A stretch of 64,000 nucleotides of DNA. Source: Podarcis filfolensis. Taxonomy: Eukaryota. A program made the translations under genes and the position numbers. The notes under the pieces are model-generated. The model searched no databases. It was given only the letters and a program-made list of their open reading frames with translations, and was not told where the DNA came from. The stretch lies in the NCBI GenBank assembly GCA_964270895.1, contig OZ185440.1. One strand, written 5' to 3'. This document shows, one piece after another, positions 59,212 to 64,000 of the stretch (its first letter is position 1; each line of letters starts with the position of its first letter).

Positions 59212-59437
59212 CAGTGGTACCTCAGGTTACATACGCTTCAGGTTACAGACTCCGCTAACCCAGAAATAGTACCTCGGGTTAAGAACTTTGCTTCAGGATG
59301 AGAACAGAAATCGTGCTCCGGCGGCACGGCAGCAGCAAGAGGCCCCATTAGCTAAAATGGTGCTTCAGGTTAAGAACAGTTTCAGGTTAAGAACGGACCT
59401 CTGGAATGAATTAAGTATGTAACCAGAGGTACCACTG
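59212..59437. mobile_element. Tigger-like MITE, uninterrupted
   Basis: TA-CAGTGGTACCTC...GAGGTACCACTG-TA. Confidence 0.92.
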
Positions 59438-59659
59438 TATATCTGTGTTGCCTGACTATGATAGGGACTTTTAGTACCATGATAACACTGTTACTGTATT
59501 GTATATTGACTTGCCGGGCAGAGCAAACTCAAAGAATGCCAGGTGTCTTTCTAGATGGAGGTTATTTCTCACTTCATTAGACATACCTCTACCTGTGACA
59601 TACATGTGATGGAAAGAGAAGCTAAAATGCTACTCCCATGTTTATCTAGGACTCTAGAG

Positions 59660-60009
59660 CAGGGGTCAGCAAGGTTTACCGGCCATGGGCCGGATCACTC
59701 CCATGGAGATCGTCCGTGGGCCGGATTGGCGCAGCGTGATACCAGAAATTGCATCTGTGCATGTCTGTGGCGTCGGAAATCGCTTCTGCGCATGCACAGA
59801 TGCCAAAAATAACGCCTGTGCAAAAGCGATTTTCGGCGTCTGGACATGCGCAGATGTGATTTCCGGTATCTGCACTTGCGCAGATGTGATTTCCAGTGCT
59901 GCTCGGAGAGTTGCTACGCTGGTTTAGCGCAGCACGCAGGGGACTCGCCGAGCAGGCGGCTCATGGGTCAGTAAAACGGTCTTCATGGGCTGCACGTTGT
60001 CAACCCCTG
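59660..60009. mobile_element. hAT-Charlie-like MITE
   Basis: CAGGGGTCAGCAA...TTGTCAACCCCTG; 8-bp TSD CTCTAGAG (Charlie-type NTCTAGAN). Confidence 0.92.
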
Positions 60010-61643
60010 CTCTAGAGGCAGGGGCACTATCTCCTCCCCACAATACGTGTAAAGAGAAAAGTTTCTCCTATGTAGTAGTAATTGGTACACACATTGCAGA
60101 GTTGAGGCAGGACTTGGGAATCTCTTACAGCTGTTTAATACATTTTTAAAAAGAAAACTCAATAAAGCCTGGGAAACTTTGTCTGCCCACTGGTTTTCAT
60201 CTTCAGAATGACATGGGGACATCTGTTTCCACATTTTAAGCCTTGCAGCAAAGGGAGAAGAATTTTGCCTGCTGTTGTCATTTCCACATAAGATTCCACA
60301 GTGACAAGTTGCTACAACCTCTGAGGCAGGAAGGCATCCCATGGAAATTGTTTCTTCTGCTCTGGATGTTCTCACATTCGTAGTTTCCCATTGGCTGAAA
60401 CAAGGAGGTGAAAGTATGGGCCACTATAGAGCATTGGTTCATTTCTGCCTAGTGCTATGTCTGGTAGAAGCTGGGAATCATATTCTCATGTCCAGTTGGG
60501 AAGGACTGTTTCTTAAAGCAGGATTGTGTTTCCCCCTTTTATGAGAATAGGTGATTTACCATTTATTCTCACTCTCCTTCCATAAGAACTGTATTGAAAT
60601 AGACTGCCTGGCTCATACATTATGGTTGGTTGAGGTAATTTTCACTGTCCTTTTTACAAAGGAGAAACCTTCTTTAAAGATAGATCCCTTTCGTGCAGGG
60701 ATAGATTTTTAACAAGGGTTTTAAAGGCCCACAGAATGAGTTATTCTCCAGAAGAAAGTACTTTTTAATTCCATTTTCTTGTTCGCTGTGAGGGGTGTTC
60801 ATGCAGGTGTGAGGGAGATACAAAGGTTTTCATTAATGGTTGAGAGAGTGAGAAGTGTAGGCTCTTAGAGGCGAATGCATGTGTGTTCCCATTTATGGTA
60901 AGAAGTAGGCGTTCTTCCTGAGAAAGCTGCCAGCAGTTAGTAGATGCTGATTAAATTTCTCAATATTACTAAAATATATCGCCTCTAGGTATGGGCAGAA
61001 TTTCTGGCTTGCTTTGTTAGAGGCTTAAGGAAACAATTTTGTGGTGTCATTAGAAGTAGATAAACTAGCAACCTTTCACCTCTGGAGCGGAGCCATGTTT
61101 TTGATCGCTTCAGTATTATACTTACTTACCTAGGACTGACTTTTGACTAGGCATGTGTAGTACAGTCCGTAAGACTGCAGTGGTATAGACCTGGACTTAA
61201 CCCCAATAGCACACGATGGGAGTTCTTCCAACTAAAAATGCATTGGATTTTGCTCCAAGAATCTGAAGCTTCTCTGCTTTAGTGTTTTCCAGCACTTCCT
61301 GAGATCAAACTGATTTGCATTCTGAGGAATGTTTCAGGAATTTACTGTGTGGTTACAGTTGCAAAAAAAACGCTTCTCCCTGCATGTGAATTGTGAAATC
61401 TTAAATGGAGGCATGTCCTTTCTTCTTTTTGGTTTGCACTTTAAAAATAACAAAGCCCATCCATTCTCCACTCCCAGTAATAAAAAAAGAGGTGTGGAGG
61501 AGGGGATATGCAGAACTGAAGCATAATTGTATCTATTTAGGGGACAAATTCCTCAGGTGGGCGTGTAAAACCTTCTATCAAAACTCTGATAACACTTCCC
61601 TCCTCCACTCCAAACTAGAGATGAGCAGTAACATTGCATACAT

Positions 61644-61950
61644 CAGGGGTCGGCAAGGTTTACCTCACCTGGGCTGGTTCACTCCAGCGGAGATTCCTCC
61701 GTGGGCCGGATCACACGTGTGTGTAAGCGTGTCTGTCCACAATTTCCATTGTCGGCGTCTGTGCAGACATGTTTTTCGGCGTCAGCGCAGACACAGTTTC
61801 CAGTGCCATGGAAGCGAGTCCCTGCACCGGTTTAGTGCAGCACGTGGGGACTCGCCAAGCAGGTGGCTTGGTTCGGAGGTAGCCCGTGGGCCAGTTAAAT
61901 GACCCCCGTGGGCTGCTTGTGGCCCATGGGCCTTAGGTTGCCAACCCCTG
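61644..61950. mobile_element. hAT-Charlie-like MITE
   Basis: CAGGGGTCGGCAA...TTGCCAACCCCTG; TSD GCATACAT/GCATACAC; same family as 59660. Confidence 0.88.
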
Positions 61951-62217
61951 GCATACACCATGCTCAGTTATTTGCAGGCTGGATCATGCAGCTATCTGCT
62001 TTTACTGTGCTGTTTTCAGAGACTGGGTTCAGGAAGTAATTCTTCCCTTCTACTTAAAAAAAAATTATGTTGAGTAGGGCAAGTTGTATGTGGCTGTAGT
62101 CTGGATGATCTGTCTTCTATATTATTGACTGAGGATGAAACTTTTCAATTTTAGTTGTGGTTTCCTTTCTTGGACAGTATTCACCCCCTGCTTGACTGTC
62201 TAGTACAGAAGTGTGTA

Positions 62218-62467
62218 CAGTCGTACCTTGGTTTTCAAACAGCTTAGTTCTCGAACGTTTTGGCTCCTGAATGCCACAAACCCGGAAGTGACTGTTCTGG
62301 TTTGCAAACTATTTTTGGAAGCTGAACATCTGATGGGGCTTCCACGGCTTCCGATTGGCTGCAGGAGCTTCCTGCAACCAATCAGAAGCCGTGCTTCGGT
62401 TTCTGAACATTTTGGAAGTCGAATGGACTTCTGGAATGGATTCCATTCGACTTCCAAGGTACTACTG
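62218..62467. mobile_element. Tigger-like MITE
   Basis: TA-CAGTCGTACCTTGG...CCAAGGTACTACTG-TA. Confidence 0.88.
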
Positions 62468-62496
62468 TACTTGTTTAGCTGTGTTCAAGTTTAGTA

Positions 62497-62717
62497 CAGT
62501 GGTACCTCAGGTTACAGACGCTTCAGGTTACAGACTCCGCTAACCCAGAAATAGTACCTCGGGTTAAGAACTTTGCTTCAGGATGAGAACAGAAATCGTG
62601 CGGCTGCAGCAGCAGCGGGAGGCCCCATTAGCTAAAGTGGTACCTCAGGTTAATAACAGTTTCAGGTTAAGAATGGATCTCCAGAACGAATTAAGCTCTT
62701 AATCCGAGGTTCCACTG
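62497..62717. mobile_element. Tigger-like MITE
   Basis: TA-CAGTGGTACCTC...GAGGTTCCACTG-TA. Confidence 0.9.
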
Positions 62718-63532
62718 TATTTAGTGCAAGAGCATTCATACAGTGATACTTATTCTGTCCACAGGGGCCACAAAAATGCCAGTGGCAGCCATGCACTTAA
62801 TTCTGGAAATTGCTACCTGATGCTTCCATGGATGCCCAGTATAAAGTGAGATCTTGTCTCCTTTTGTATCAAGCACAAGAGATTGTGGTCCCCTTCCAAC
62901 ATCTTATGGCATGTGGAAGAGCTTGAGGGGTGGGACAGAGTGCTTTTGCCCCTTACTTCATGCCAGTTTTTGCAGGAAAAGCAGTGGGAGTATTACTGAC
63001 GTTCCCCCAGGCTTGTGAGTACCTCTTGCTTTAGTCCTCGCATTAGGCAATTCCAGGCATTAGCTGGAGACTCTCATGATGCTTTGGACAAATGAGCTGC
63101 ATCTATCAGAGCGCTTGGAGGGAGGGGGGGAGACACACAGTGATGATGGCAACCAAAATTTTTGTCCAGCTCTGAAACTCTGCTAAAGTTTTTAGACTTA
63201 CGCTTTTCTTATAAGAATATATATGCCTGCCACTGAAGTTCTTCAGTGAGTTCTTTTTACTACTACCAAGCATGATAACCATCTTGATGTAGTGGAGAGT
63301 CCATAGAATTTGCACTGGGGAGGCCTGGGTTCAACTTTCCACTGGGCACCTCACTCTTACTCTAGAACAGCTACTGTTTCTTAGTTCTGTACTTCACTTC
63401 CTAAAATAGTTTAGCATCCACAGCATATAGCTGTTAATTGTTCAGCTTGATGAAGATGTTAACCCAGTGTGTGGTAACTGCAGAAAGGGCAAATTCTATG
63501 CTAGGGATCGTTAGAAAAAGAGTTGAAAATTA

Positions 63533-63744
63533 CAGTGGTACCTTGGGTTACAGACACTTCAGGTTACAGACTCCACTAACCCAGAAATAGTACCTCGGGT
63601 TAAGAACTTTGCTTCAGGGTGAGAACAGAAATCGTGCAGCAGCAGGAGGCCCCATTATCTAAAGTGGTGCTTCAGGTTAAGAACAGTTTCAGGTTAAGAA
63701 CGGATCTCCGGAACGAATTAAGTTCTTAACCTGAGGTACCACTG
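63533..63744. mobile_element. Tigger-like MITE
   Basis: TA-CAGTGGTACCTT...GAGGTACCACTG-TA. Confidence 0.9.
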
Positions 63745-64000
63745 TATATCACGATAGCTGAAATAACGAAGGAGCTACGCAGAGGCGAACACAGCATGTC
63801 CTGGCAACTGCTACTACTTAAGGGTCTAAAACTGATAAATGATACTTTGATCAGTTACCTCATGGTGATTGTCAGCAGTAGGCAAGTCAAAATGCATCCA
63901 AATGAGACTTTTGCTTTTGGGCTTGGCTACCAAGTGATGGTATATGGCCCCCCCCCATACATAAAAATTCTTAGAAGTAAATGAAAATTGCTTGTTGTTG

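Noticed and set aside
1-64000. CRISPR arrays, rRNA genes, prokaryotic operons, autonomous transposase or full-length LINE/LTR ORFs
   Set aside because: None seen; the window is spliced vertebrate DNA and all mobile elements are non-autonomous or truncated.

Overview
Vertebrate genomic DNA, almost certainly from a squamate reptile and probably a lacertid lizard (inferred from Sauria SINEs, BovB, L2/CR1 and abundant hAT/TcMar MITEs). It matches the conserved PLAGL2-POFUT1-KIF3B-ASXL1 block. Complete POFUT1 (7 coding exons, 392 aa, C-terminal RDEL) and complete KIF3B (1 non-coding plus 8 coding exons, 747 aa) lie on the + strand, followed by the first coding exon of ASXL1. A probable PLAGL2 first exon lies head-to-head with POFUT1. 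The most unexpected signal is an intron-containing, degenerate TARDBP (TDP-43)-like locus on the - strand between KIF3B and ASXL1, with splice sites at the TARDBP exon 3/4/5 boundaries. Other notable items: a type-I hammerhead-ribozyme fold antisense in POFUT1 intron 3; a solo LTR nested in a MITE inside the probable POFUT1 3' UTR; an RT fragment in frame with KIF3B exon 7; an RFX X-box cluster and a spliced uORF at KIF3B; and several nested transposons. All homology calls come from manual reading against remembered reference sequences; no database search was run.
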